Shown here one piece after another: positions 20,907 to 30,420 of a DNA stretch of 64,000 nt. The position numbers and the translations under genes are program-made. The notes under the pieces are model-generated. The model was not told the DNA's origin. It saw nothing but the letters and a program-made list of their open reading frames with translations, and searched no databases. This DNA is from a virus. Where the stretch lies: positions 15,834-79,833 of the IMG/VR virus record IMGVR_UViG_3300015263_000719; one strand, given 5' to 3'. Each line of letters opens with the position of its first letter. The first letter of the stretch is position 1.

Positions 20907-23699
20907 TTAAGATATTGTAATGTCAGCCTCTGCTGTACATGAATATTCTGAGCAATTTACATCCACTGAATATAAACCAAGAACTGCAGTAGTAATTACT
21001 TGAGTAGTTTCACCTGTACTCCATAAGTAACTGACAGTTCCTGAACATGTAGGGGTCAGTGTTGCTGTTAAAGTTCTTTCATCACATGTGACAGTAATTG
21101 GATTACCATCACCACCTGATATAGCCATTGTTACACCTGCAGTCAATATAATTGAATTATATTCAGATGATGCAGTATCAATAACTGATGTAGAAGGTAA
21201 AGCCAAACCTGTTATATCTCCACATAGTGTAGAATAAGTTTGTTTTAAAACTTCTGCTGCTAATGTAGATACTGCTTTTATAACAGTAGTAGCATTAGCT
21301 GGTGTTGATCCATCTATATCAAAATTGATATCTGAATCAGTAGATTTAATAGCTACCCAATCTCCTGTTGGAGAATGTTTAGCTCTAGTTTTGATTGTAA
21401 AGTATCCACCTGCAGTAACATTACATGTTACATTAATGTCTGTAATAGCTAAACTGATTTGATTAGCTACAGCATTTTTAATTACAATATCAAGTCTTGG
21501 TCCAAGTAAAGCATAATTGGAACCATCAAAGATTAAATCTCCACCTGATACTGTACCTGCAGGTCCAATCAAATTAGAACCAGTAGGACTAACATCAAGT
21601 ACATAAGCTGTTTCAATTGCACCATCCCAATGGTAAACCTTAACATCTTCAAGATAACCTCCTACTGTAATTAAATCTGTAAACACATCTACTTGTGAAG
21701 CTTGTGTATACATATAAGTTCCAGTATCTGTAATAACAGTATTGGAAATAACTGAAGGTGTTCCACAATCTTTTGTTACTTTGAATCTTACTTTCTCTGT
21801 TACATAAATATCATCTGCAGATATTGTTGCATTCCAGGCTGAGGTTGCTGTATCTGGATTCTCAATTGAATAATCATAATCACATGAGTTTGCAACTTCT
21901 GCAATAGTAACACCATTATTATTAATGGTAACTACTTGTGTTTGAGTTGAACAACCATCAGTTAAAGAATAAGTAAATTCATAAGAACCTGTATCTGTTG
22001 TACCATCTTCAAACTGTACTTCTGGTGTATCATCTACACCAACTGGATCATTAAGAGCATAAGCTCCTGACACAGTATCTACAGTAAAAGTTTGAGGAAA
22101 ACTAGGTGCTCCTGTAATAGTCCAGGTTCCACCTGTATCATAAGTTCCACCAAGTAAATCAAGTAAATTATATACAGTCTCGTTTGATAAACAAGTTTCA
22201 GTGGTAGTTGTAGTACCTACATAAGCACAATCAGATGTTACTGTTACTGTAACTGAACTGGAATATATTCCTGACCAGTTAGCAACTTTGTAATCATAAG
22301 TGCTTACACCTCTAAATCCAACAGCAGGAACAAATTGAATTGTACCTGCACCAGTATTTACATTTAATGATCCTTCCGCTACTGGAGGATATGAAGTTAT
22401 TACAATTGAACCTGGATTAATATTTCCTGTATCATTTGCAAGAACATCATAATCTGTTGGAGTACTTTCACAACCTTGACAATAAGCATCAGCATTAGCT
22501 GTAGGACCTGCTATACAATCAAAAATTATAACAACTTCTACAGTTCCTGTTTCATCTCCTTCATCAGTAGGAAGTTTCCATCTTACAGTTTCTGTACCTG
22601 ATGGAGCTCCTGTAAAAGTATATTCTATTTCATGATCAGCATTAAAATCAACCTGACCAAAAGCAGTTGTCATAGAAGCTGTTTCACCAATTCCTGATGC
22701 CACTTGAGCTCCTACAGCAATAAATTCAAATTCTTCCCAAATAGGGTTACAGTTACTTGTTACAACAATATCATCTAAATCAATTAGAGTAACAGTAAAA
22801 GGTGTACCTGTAGCTTGCTCATCACAAGTTAATCTTCTGGTATATCTAGGTGCTGTAATACATGAACCTGGAGAACCACAATTTACATAATCAACAGTAA
22901 ATGTTCCAGTAGAACTTGTATTACTATTTACATCTTCAACAGTCCATGTTGCAGTATATGTACCTGCTGGTCCTAAACTATTCTGAGAGTAAGTTATGCA
23001 TCCATTTTCATCAACTTCATGAAATTGAAAATAAGGACTTGCTCCTTTATCCCAACTAAAGTCTAATGTTGACCAATTAATTTCACCAATGCATGAATCT
23101 GCCTGAAGGCAAAATACATGTTGAGTGGAAATATCTTGTCTTACACAAATAACTTGTTGTTGATTTTGTGCAAGTGGGGTACAAAATTGAAAGGTATATT
23201 GAGTTGTTAACTGACATCCACTACCATTAGTAACAGTCACATATATAGGTGAACTGGTAACACTTGGTCTATCAGTTTTAATTTTTAGTTTTATTACGTC
23301 AGTTCCCTGACCTGATACTAAACTGAATACAGAAGTATCATATGTCCATTGGTAAGTTGCTCCACTGGTAACTCCAGTGTGCAATGCTGTAAGCTGTAAA
23401 TCTAATCCACTTAGCTGATCACTAAAACCAGTACTGGTGAGATCATCACATGGAGAACCAACAGCTATATCAAATGTAGCTTTACATCCTTTTGAGTCAA
23501 TGACATGTAAGGATATATCAGCTTGTTCTGCACATTCCTGACTATTAAAGGAAATAGTAGTTTGTATGATACCATTGTCAGATGTTCCTGATGGAGTAGA
23601 AAAACTTTCTACACAATTAGGATCATTGTTAATCCATTGGTAATCATAAGGAGCTGTACCTGATGATGCTACACTAACTATTTTAGTTACAGTTATCAT
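20907..23699 (-). CDS. Ig-like repeat tail fibre/adhesin (930 aa)
   Basis: GTAPYDYQW, ATYQWT, ANADAY..DVLANDTG..TYDYKV (Big_9/cadherin-like) and YLWSTGETTQ; Thr/Cys-rich. Confidence 0.7.
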   Translation of the reverse strand: MITVTKIVSVASSGTAPYDYQWINNDPNCVESFSTPSGTSDNGIIQTTISFNSQECAEQADISLHVIDSKGCKATFDIAVGSPCDDLTSTGFSDQLSGLDLQLTALHTGVTSGATYQWTYDTSVFSLVSGQGTDVIKLKIKTDRPSVTSSPIYVTVTNGSGCQLTTQYTFQFCTPLAQNQQQVICVRQDISTQHVFCLQADSCIGEINWSTLDFSWDKGASPYFQFHEVDENGCITYSQNSLGPAGTYTATWTVEDVNSNTSSTGTFTVDYVNCGSPGSCITAPRYTRRLTCDEQATGTPFTVTLIDLDDIVVTSNCNPIWEEFEFIAVGAQVASGIGETASMTTAFGQVDFNADHEIEYTFTGAPSGTETVRWKLPTDEGDETGTVEVVIIFDCIAGPTANADAYCQGCESTPTDYDVLANDTGNINPGSIVITSYPPVAEGSLNVNTGAGTIQFVPAVGFRGVSTYDYKVANWSGIYSSSVTVTVTSDCAYVGTTTTTETCLSNETVYNLLDLLGGTYDTGGTWTITGAPSFPQTFTVDTVSGAYALNDPVGVDDTPEVQFEDGTTDTGSYEFTYSLTDGCSTQTQVVTINNNGVTIAEVANSCDYDYSIENPDTATSAWNATISADDIYVTEKVRFKVTKDCGTPSVISNTVITDTGTYMYTQASQVDVFTDLITVGGYLEDVKVYHWDGAIETAYVLDVSPTGSNLIGPAGTVSGGDLIFDGSNYALLGPRLDIVIKNAVANQISLAITDINVTCNVTAGGYFTIKTRAKHSPTGDWVAIKSTDSDINFDIDGSTPANATTVIKAVSTLAAEVLKQTYSTLCGDITGLALPSTSVIDTASSEYNSIILTAGVTMAISGGDGNPITVTCDERTLTATLTPTCSGTVSYLWSTGETTQVITTAVLGLYSVDVNCSEYSCTAEADITIS

Positions 23700-24065
23700 T
23701 TATTGTAATATTTGTATTGTTGTTAAAATGCAGGATTCAGGATTGTTGTTAATGTCAACAACATTTAACTGACTGCAATCTTTACTTGTTGAACTTACAC
23801 ATGGACCAATTGCATCACAATCATAAATAGATCCTACTAAGTCAGCATAACATCTTTTAAATGCTGCATACAAAGCAGTAGTTATCTCACAATCTGAATT
23901 ATCTATCAGCCAGAGATAAGCACTAATTTCTTTTATTTTACTGGAAGGATCACCATTACATTCAATACCATATTTAGCATTGTTAACTTTCTCCTCCACT
24001 AATTTAGCTAAAGCACAAACAAAAGTTGGTTCTTTAGCTACATCCACATTCTGCAATTGAGCCAT
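23700..24065 (-). CDS. Cys-rich structural protein (tail hub-like)
   Basis: Coupled ORF within the tail block. Confidence 0.5.
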   Translation of the reverse strand: MAQLQNVDVAKEPTFVCALAKLVEEKVNNAKYGIECNGDPSSKIKEISAYLWLIDNSDCEITTALYAAFKRCYADLVGSIYDCDAIGPCVSSTSKDCSQLNVVDINNNPESCILTTIQILQ

Positions 24066-24936
24066 CTGTTATTAATTTTTGATTTAATTTTTCTACTAAC
24101 ATAGAAAGTAAACCACATGCAATTTCACAATCACAATCTACTGTTGTACACTCTACACTTTTAATTATTCCCTCATATAACATATGAGCATCATAATCTC
24201 CATCAGCAATTAGTCCAGGTATTTTACATTTAATAATAGGACTAACAAATGCACATGCTTGTTCTGTAATAATACTACCATCTTCATATTCAGCTTCTAT
24301 TGTCACACCATATATTCCATCTGATAATGTACCAGTCTGAGAATAAAAACATGGTTGAACACATAGTTCACCATCCACAATAAGACATGAATTAGATACA
24401 GAGGTATCTTCAATACAATCTGAAAAAGTAAGTTGTGTTGTATCAGTTCCAACGTTTTTAAAAGTAACTGTCTGAGGAACCAGACCAGGAACAAATCCAT
24501 CAAACTGTAAAAGTATGACTGAGTTTGTACCTATACCATCTGTAAAGGAAATAGTAAATGTACTATCTACATTATTATTTACAAGCCAGGTATTAACCAT
24601 GGCTTCCAGAGCACTCATAAAAGCTGACTTAACTCCTGCAACTAAGATTTGATACTCTGTTGGTGATACCACAAAATTCTTTTCTACACCATTTAAAGCA
24701 ACAGTAAACTCAGTTATATAATTATAGCTGAATCCTCCTAACTCTAAATCAGTTTGTAAATTATACCAACAAGCATCACTGGAGAATTGAGTTAATTCTC
24801 CAGTGTACTCACTTGTATTACAACAGTTTATAATGGATGTAATTGTTACTTTAGTTAAATCAGGATCAGTAAAACTGATTTGATCTGAACTTAAACAAAT
24901 TGCTTCATTATCATTTTTAACTGTTAATGTTAACAT
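24034..24936 (-). CDS. Tail hub / fibre-attachment protein
   Basis: LSDGIYGVTI motif followed by a Cys-rich helical C-terminus ending CGCS; synteny. Confidence 0.55.
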   Translation of the reverse strand: MLTLTVKNDNEAICLSSDQISFTDPDLTKVTITSIINCCNTSEYTGELTQFSSDACWYNLQTDLELGGFSYNYITEFTVALNGVEKNFVVSPTEYQILVAGVKSAFMSALEAMVNTWLVNNNVDSTFTISFTDGIGTNSVILLQFDGFVPGLVPQTVTFKNVGTDTTQLTFSDCIEDTSVSNSCLIVDGELCVQPCFYSQTGTLSDGIYGVTIEAEYEDGSIITEQACAFVSPIIKCKIPGLIADGDYDAHMLYEGIIKSVECTTVDCDCEIACGLLSMLVEKLNQKLITDGSIAECGCS

Positions 24937-24938
24937 TA

Positions 24939-25178
24939 TTATTCTTCTATTTGTTCAGATTGTTTAACCAATCTGAGATTTTGTTTATCAAACGCCCATG
25001 TAGATTTGTCTTCAATCTCCTTAGCATCAAGGAAAATATCAACAGTTTGAATCAATTGACGTTCATAATTTTGCTGAGACAAAGCAGCTTGTTGAATTAT
25101 ACCAAGAAGTTTATTTTTAAAATTTTCTGGAAATTCTATTACTGCTGGTTCTTTAGTTGTCTTTTTTCTAGTAGCCAT
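24939..25178 (-). CDS. Hypothetical protein (79 aa)
   Basis: Tightly packed ORF in the operon. Confidence 0.6.
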   Translation of the reverse strand: MATRKKTTKEPAVIEFPENFKNKLLGIIQQAALSQQNYERQLIQTVDIFLDAKEIEDKSTWAFDKQNLRLVKQSEQIEE

Positions 25179-25180
25179 AA

Positions 25181-25645
25181 TTAAAATAATTTTCGTTTAA
25201 TAGTAAGATTAATTCCTACTTGTTTGTTATATTGTTCAATATTATTAGTCCATTTCCAATCCATACCTAAAGTTATTAACCAGTTATTAAATCCATAATC
25301 AAATTCAATACTATTAAAAATATCTCTTGTAGAATTATAACCAAAATAACCATAGAACCAAAAAGGAACTATATACACACTAAATCCATCTTGTTTAACT
25401 AATCTGAATTTATTTTTAAAAAAGAAAGTATAATCAGAATTAGTCCCTGATATATCAGTAACTATTCCTATACCCCCCTCTCCTTTAATTACACCATCTA
25501 CATCTACTGTACCATAAACTCTTGCTTCATAACTATTTCCAAAAGTATGTTGAAGTGCTAATTCTACATTAGTACTTACTTCACATTGAGAATATGTTGT
25601 GAAGGAAAGTAATGATAATAATAGTGTTAGTATAAAGTGTTTCAT
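25181..25645 (-). CDS. Secreted, probable small outer-membrane beta-barrel protein
   Basis: Sec signal MKHFILTLLLSLLSFTTYS-Q; amphipathic aromatic beta strands; C-terminal Phe (VGINLTIKRKLF). Confidence 0.55.
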   Translation of the reverse strand: MKHFILTLLLSLLSFTTYSQCEVSTNVELALQHTFGNSYEARVYGTVDVDGVIKGEGGIGIVTDISGTNSDYTFFFKNKFRLVKQDGFSVYIVPFWFYGYFGYNSTRDIFNSIEFDYGFNNWLITLGMDWKWTNNIEQYNKQVGINLTIKRKLF

Positions 25646-25953
25646 TATAATACATGTTTACCTTCTACTCCTCTCAAAACTCTATCTTTAGTTCTGGATT
25701 CAAGAAGTCTTTGTGCTCTTGTAAGGAATTTAATACTTTGTTTATTTTCCTTACAAGGAAACTTTTTGTTTAAGCCTGTTAATCTATCTATTAACATTGC
25801 AAGAACTTCCTCATTAGTAGTTCCATCATTGACTGTCTTAGAGTCACCATCGTTGTTTACTTTTACTTTTTCTATAAATTGAATAACCTGAACTGTATCA
25901 GGATTTTCAAAATTAGATAGTTCGTATTTGTGATTTTCAGTTAAAACTTTCAT
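25645..25953 (-). CDS. tad1: Tad1-family anti-defence sponge protein (Thoeris anti-defence 1-like)
   Basis: IQF...NDGTTNEEVLAMLIDRL...FPCKEN...L..A...L..RT.DR..RGVEG.H matches the recalled Tad1 pattern NGV.NE.L......RL.....F.C.EN......LEEA...L..RT..R..RGVEG. Confidence 0.8.
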   Translation of the reverse strand: MKVLTENHKYELSNFENPDTVQVIQFIEKVKVNNDGDSKTVNDGTTNEEVLAMLIDRLTGLNKKFPCKENKQSIKFLTRAQRLLESRTKDRVLRGVEGKHVL

Positions 25954-25958
25954 AATTG

Positions 25959-25990
25959 CAAAGTTACATAAAGTTTCTTACAATGTCAAA
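25959..25990 (-). promoter_or_regulatory. Bacteroidota sigma70-type promoter for the tad1-like gene
   Basis: Minus strand TTTG-N20-TAACTTTG; the -7 box ends 5 nt before the ATG, implying a near-leaderless mRNA. Confidence 0.85.
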
Positions 25991-25991
25991 T

Positions 25992-26351
25992 TTAGTTTCC
26001 TCTTTCAGCAATTATCTCTTGTGCATCTACTATTACATCTGCTGCATCAGCAGGTTCTAAGTTCCAAGGTTCTACTTGAAGTGCAGCTTCAATAGTAGCT
26101 GTGTCTACTCCACTATCTATTTCTGCAATTGCATATTGTACTGCATCAGCATTAGGTGGCTGTAGTGATTTCATCTGAGCTATCTCAGATTGTAGCTGTC
26201 CCTTATTTGAATTAAGGTTTGCTATTTCATTGTCTATAGCTGTTACAGCATTCTCTAATCTCTTTACATTCTCCAATACATCAGGAGTTTCAAAGTCAGA
26301 TAAGAATTCATTTACTGTTCCAGGTCTTCTTCTTATATTATTACGTGCCAT
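25992..26351 (-). CDS. Coiled-coil protein, possible fibre chaperone
   Basis: Heptad repeats; follows the tail fibre gene. Confidence 0.45.
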   Translation of the reverse strand: MARNNIRRRPGTVNEFLSDFETPDVLENVKRLENAVTAIDNEIANLNSNKGQLQSEIAQMKSLQPPNADAVQYAIAEIDSGVDTATIEAALQVEPWNLEPADAADVIVDAQEIIAERGN

Positions 26352-26363
26352 TTTTTTATTGTT

Positions 26364-29300
26364 TTAATTTCCAACTATCCACCAAGCTGTACCATCGCAA
26401 ACAATGGTTACTACATCATATTGAGTAGTCATGGTGTGACTTGTTGATGTACCCTCTAGGTTTTCTGTACCATTTGGATTAATGATTACATTACCTGTGG
26501 TTCCTAATTTTTTTATTTTATATTCTCTTCTAGCTACTTTTGCCGCAACAGGCAGGTTAATTGTAACCGCTGCACCTGCTGTATCATCATCTACTAGTAT
26601 TACATAATCATGTGCTGCTGTATAAGTGGTGGATGTTACAGTAGTAACAGGTTTATGTATTGCTCCAGTTTCTATATCTAATGCTCTAAAGTCATCAGCA
26701 GCAGTTATTACTGGCTGTATATATACTGCTCTAGTAATACCATTCGCCCCACCTGTTTGATTTATCTGTGGTCTAATGTATAGAGAAAAATACCTAGCTG
26801 TTCCAGAGGTAGGATTAAAACTTCTAACTTGATATATATCTCTTGCTTCTCCACTAGTAGGTGTTAATACAGCACCAGTAAATCCAAAGTGAGCATTAGT
26901 TCCTGTATCATTATCATAGTTGCTAAAAAATCCTAATCCTCTTCCTGCACTACTTCCAGATGATATAGCTGTACCTGAAAAATTCCAGATCACAGGAGCA
27001 TCATTACCTATAGTATTATCACCAAACCTAAGAGCATTATTAACTTGTAATTCTACATTAGTAGTAGCTCCACCAGAAGGTCCATTAATATATACAGCTC
27101 CTGTAGTATAATCTATTCTTACTCCTTCATTAGCTCCACCATTAAGTGAAGTTAATATTAAGTCATTACTAGTTCCTTCTAGTCTTATTCTTTGTCTATT
27201 AGCACTATTGGTAAAGTAGATATCAGAATGATTAGCTGCTCCACCAGAGTCCATATAGAATATAATATTGGAACCATTACCATCTACGTGTAGCTTACCT
27301 GATGGAGATGTAGTGCCTATACCTACATTGTAATTATAATCTAATGTCATAACTCTAGTCCAAGTAAGGTCAGATCCATAAGCTCCTAAGTGTAACTTAC
27401 CATATCCTAAACCACCATGTTCTTGTCCTTGAATAAATCCAGTGTTATTTCCATCTATTGTAAAGGCAATTGCTGCTGTACCAAATGTCGCAGCCACATT
27501 CTCATTATTTATAAGAACCATCTGGCTACTATTTGCTCCAGTTCCAGCACCTGCATCATCAGATATATGAAGATTAGTAGTAGGTGTAATTCCTATTCCT
27601 ACATTGCCATTATCAAATACTACATCCCCTTCATCAGAGTATATAGAATAATAAGTTCCAGTCACAGCAGTAAGAGTAGGGTTAAGATAAAGACCTATTA
27701 TATCTCCAGTAGCTGTGCCAGCTTGATTAACAGTAGGTCTTATGGATGCATAGTGAAAATTATGTGTGCTTGAAGCAGCAGTAATATCTCCACTTAAATC
27801 AAACAATTGAGATGTACCAGCAAATGTGTTAGTTCCATCTCTCTTAATGTTGAATCCCCCAGCATACCAAATATTAGATATTGAAAATCTTTGACTAATT
27901 CCTCTACCTGTACCTGTATGATGTGTATCTATAGCACCACTATGCCCAAAAAAGTAAGCCCCATTAAAGTTTAAATTACCATCATATGATATATTTATAT
28001 GATTATAAGTATTTCCGCTATCTGTAATAACTAATGGACTGCCATATGTGTCAGCGATAATCTTAACACCACCACCACTAGTTGTATAAGTAAATTGAGG
28101 CTCCTGAACTAAAGCTCCACCATTAGGAACTATTATCTGATCATCTACCCATGTAACTCCACCAGTAGATAATTCAGTCCACAAATCAGCAGCAGTACGT
28201 TCTCTAAAGATACCAGAGGCATCAAATACTGGATAGTAAGCACTAGTTCCAGAATTGAAAGTTCCTATACCATATACTCCATATTCTATTAAACCATTAT
28301 CATAGTTCTTGAACATTGATGTACCAGAACTATTTCTAGATTCTATTGCTACTGTAGCAGATGTAGTACCAGGTCCAAATACAGATAATCTTCTATTAGT
28401 TAAACCATTATTACCAAATCCAAACTCATGAGAGGTAGTTATATTCATTCCAGCAGTACTGGAAGAAGGATTATTAAAGTATCCTAATCTGAATATATCA
28501 GATAAAGAGTTATCTATACCAGCTATCCATGTACCAACTGTATTAACAGTCCATGCTGTATAAGCATCTCCTCCACCATTAGCTACATTAATTGATTGGA
28601 AAGCATTACCTGTTCCTATGTTCTGTAGATTATCTACGAGATTTCCAGATACTGTCCATGATCCAGTCATCTGATAAGCATTACCAGTAACAGTACCTGA
28701 TGACCAGTAAGCAGTATCATTAGCTGTTGTTATGCCTGTAACTCCTACTCCAACAGTTCCAGATGTACCAGATACTTCTAATTTATAATTAGGACTATTA
28801 GTTCCTATTCCTACATTACCGTCAGGTAGTATCCTAACTCTTTCTAAAGCTGTACCAGCACTACTTACAGTACTAAGCTGTAGACCCCCACCAGATACTC
28901 CATCTGTATATCCTCTAATTCTAGCGGTAGCAACTCCAGCGCTACTAAAAAGAAGTAATGACCCAGTGTTAGCAGCAGATGATGTATTATTCAACTTGAA
29001 CATTCCATTAGAGCTAAAGGAAGTACCAGTATCAGTCCTTTCAAGAGTGAGTAAATGAGTAGGACTACTAGTTCCTACCCCTACCTCTCCAGTAGAAAGA
29101 ACGGTGACTCTATCTAGTGAGTTAGTTCCTATATGTACATCTGATCCATCTCCTCTAAAATAACTATTAGTAGCAGCAGCTCCAGTACCAATCCAAAGAC
29201 CAGCAGTAGTGCCACTCCTATAATTAAGTTCTACTCTATTAAATGCAGTAGCTCTTTTAAGTCCTAATTCAAATTCATTCCTAAGGGTTAACTGTCTACC

Positions 29301-30419
29301 TCCTAAGTAATCTATTTGTAAAGAATTAGTTCCTGAAGAGTCTATATGTAGATCAGATGTAGGTAATGCAGTTCCTATCCCTAAGTTCCCACCTGTAAAG
29401 TAAGAGTCTCCATCAGCATTAAGGAATACTTGAGTAGCTCCTGCACTATCTTCAAGTGTGAGATCATGTGCAGTAAGTATAGCATTTTGTGTACCTGATG
29501 TAGTATCAGCTACATAAAGACTAGCATCATTACCTGTTGAGTAAAAGTAAAATAATGATGCTGAGTTATAGAAATAACTATTTCCACCATTCAACCAGAA
29601 GTTAGAATCTCCAATACTACTGGTCATGTATATATTAGCTGAACCAGTACTACTCTCAAGATTAATAGCTGCATTAGTATCAAGTACATCTAATGTAAAA
29701 CTAGGTACTACATTGATACCAAATCTACCATTAGCTCCATCAAATCTAAAGAAGTCTGAGACTCCATAATTAAATTCAAACCAATCTGTCAAAGTTGCTG
29801 TGGTAGTTGTAAGAACTGTTCCATTCCCATTATAAATACCACCAGCCCCAGGTGTAGCACCTAAGTAGGCTATGTTCCAGACACATATATCTCCGTTGGA
29901 ATGTAGTGTATTGGAAGAAGCAACTGTAACAGGTATTGTCCACCAAGTACCATTATCAGTACCTGGACCTGTTACATTAAAAATTACAGACTCTGATGCA
30001 TCATCAGCAGACTGTATATATATTTTATCAGTTGTGGCAATTGCTCCAAGGAGAGGATTCATATCCAATCCTGCATTATTAGTTTCACTTACATATATAT
30101 TAGTAACAGATGCAAGTGTAGAGTTGTCATATCTGAAGAATCCTATACCAGGATCAGCAGCAACAGTAGATGTACTAAAAGTATATCCTAATACTCCTCC
30201 TGTACCTCCACCACAAGGCACAGGTAAACCATTTACTGATTCATAACAATTACCAGTATCAGAAGCAATATATATGTGCTCATCATTAAGGCTGTCAAAC
30301 AGAAGTATTTGAGCTTCTGTGAAATCAGTATTACGTAATGGATGATAACCTCGATAAGTACCATGAAAATGAAACCAATCATGAGCATCATCCCTAAAGT
30401 TTCCATTACTTCCTGCCAT
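26364..30419 (-). CDS. Long tail fibre protein (1351 aa)
   Basis: Multiple GNVGIGTxxP repeats; G/T/S/N-rich; C-terminal TINLP..A..R.Y.IKK...CDGTAWWI domain. Confidence 0.85.
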   Translation of the reverse strand: MAGSNGNFRDDAHDWFHFHGTYRGYHPLRNTDFTEAQILLFDSLNDEHIYIASDTGNCYESVNGLPVPCGGGTGGVLGYTFSTSTVAADPGIGFFRYDNSTLASVTNIYVSETNNAGLDMNPLLGAIATTDKIYIQSADDASESVIFNVTGPGTDNGTWWTIPVTVASSNTLHSNGDICVWNIAYLGATPGAGGIYNGNGTVLTTTTATLTDWFEFNYGVSDFFRFDGANGRFGINVVPSFTLDVLDTNAAINLESSTGSANIYMTSSIGDSNFWLNGGNSYFYNSASLFYFYSTGNDASLYVADTTSGTQNAILTAHDLTLEDSAGATQVFLNADGDSYFTGGNLGIGTALPTSDLHIDSSGTNSLQIDYLGGRQLTLRNEFELGLKRATAFNRVELNYRSGTTAGLWIGTGAAATNSYFRGDGSDVHIGTNSLDRVTVLSTGEVGVGTSSPTHLLTLERTDTGTSFSSNGMFKLNNTSSAANTGSLLLFSSAGVATARIRGYTDGVSGGGLQLSTVSSAGTALERVRILPDGNVGIGTNSPNYKLEVSGTSGTVGVGVTGITTANDTAYWSSGTVTGNAYQMTGSWTVSGNLVDNLQNIGTGNAFQSINVANGGGDAYTAWTVNTVGTWIAGIDNSLSDIFRLGYFNNPSSSTAGMNITTSHEFGFGNNGLTNRRLSVFGPGTTSATVAIESRNSSGTSMFKNYDNGLIEYGVYGIGTFNSGTSAYYPVFDASGIFRERTAADLWTELSTGGVTWVDDQIIVPNGGALVQEPQFTYTTSGGGVKIIADTYGSPLVITDSGNTYNHINISYDGNLNFNGAYFFGHSGAIDTHHTGTGRGISQRFSISNIWYAGGFNIKRDGTNTFAGTSQLFDLSGDITAASSTHNFHYASIRPTVNQAGTATGDIIGLYLNPTLTAVTGTYYSIYSDEGDVVFDNGNVGIGITPTTNLHISDDAGAGTGANSSQMVLINNENVAATFGTAAIAFTIDGNNTGFIQGQEHGGLGYGKLHLGAYGSDLTWTRVMTLDYNYNVGIGTTSPSGKLHVDGNGSNIIFYMDSGGAANHSDIYFTNSANRQRIRLEGTSNDLILTSLNGGANEGVRIDYTTGAVYINGPSGGATTNVELQVNNALRFGDNTIGNDAPVIWNFSGTAISSGSSAGRGLGFFSNYDNDTGTNAHFGFTGAVLTPTSGEARDIYQVRSFNPTSGTARYFSLYIRPQINQTGGANGITRAVYIQPVITAADDFRALDIETGAIHKPVTTVTSTTYTAAHDYVILVDDDTAGAAVTINLPVAAKVARREYKIKKLGTTGNVIINPNGTENLEGTSTSHTMTTQYDVVTIVCDGTAWWIVGN

Positions 30420-30420
30420 A

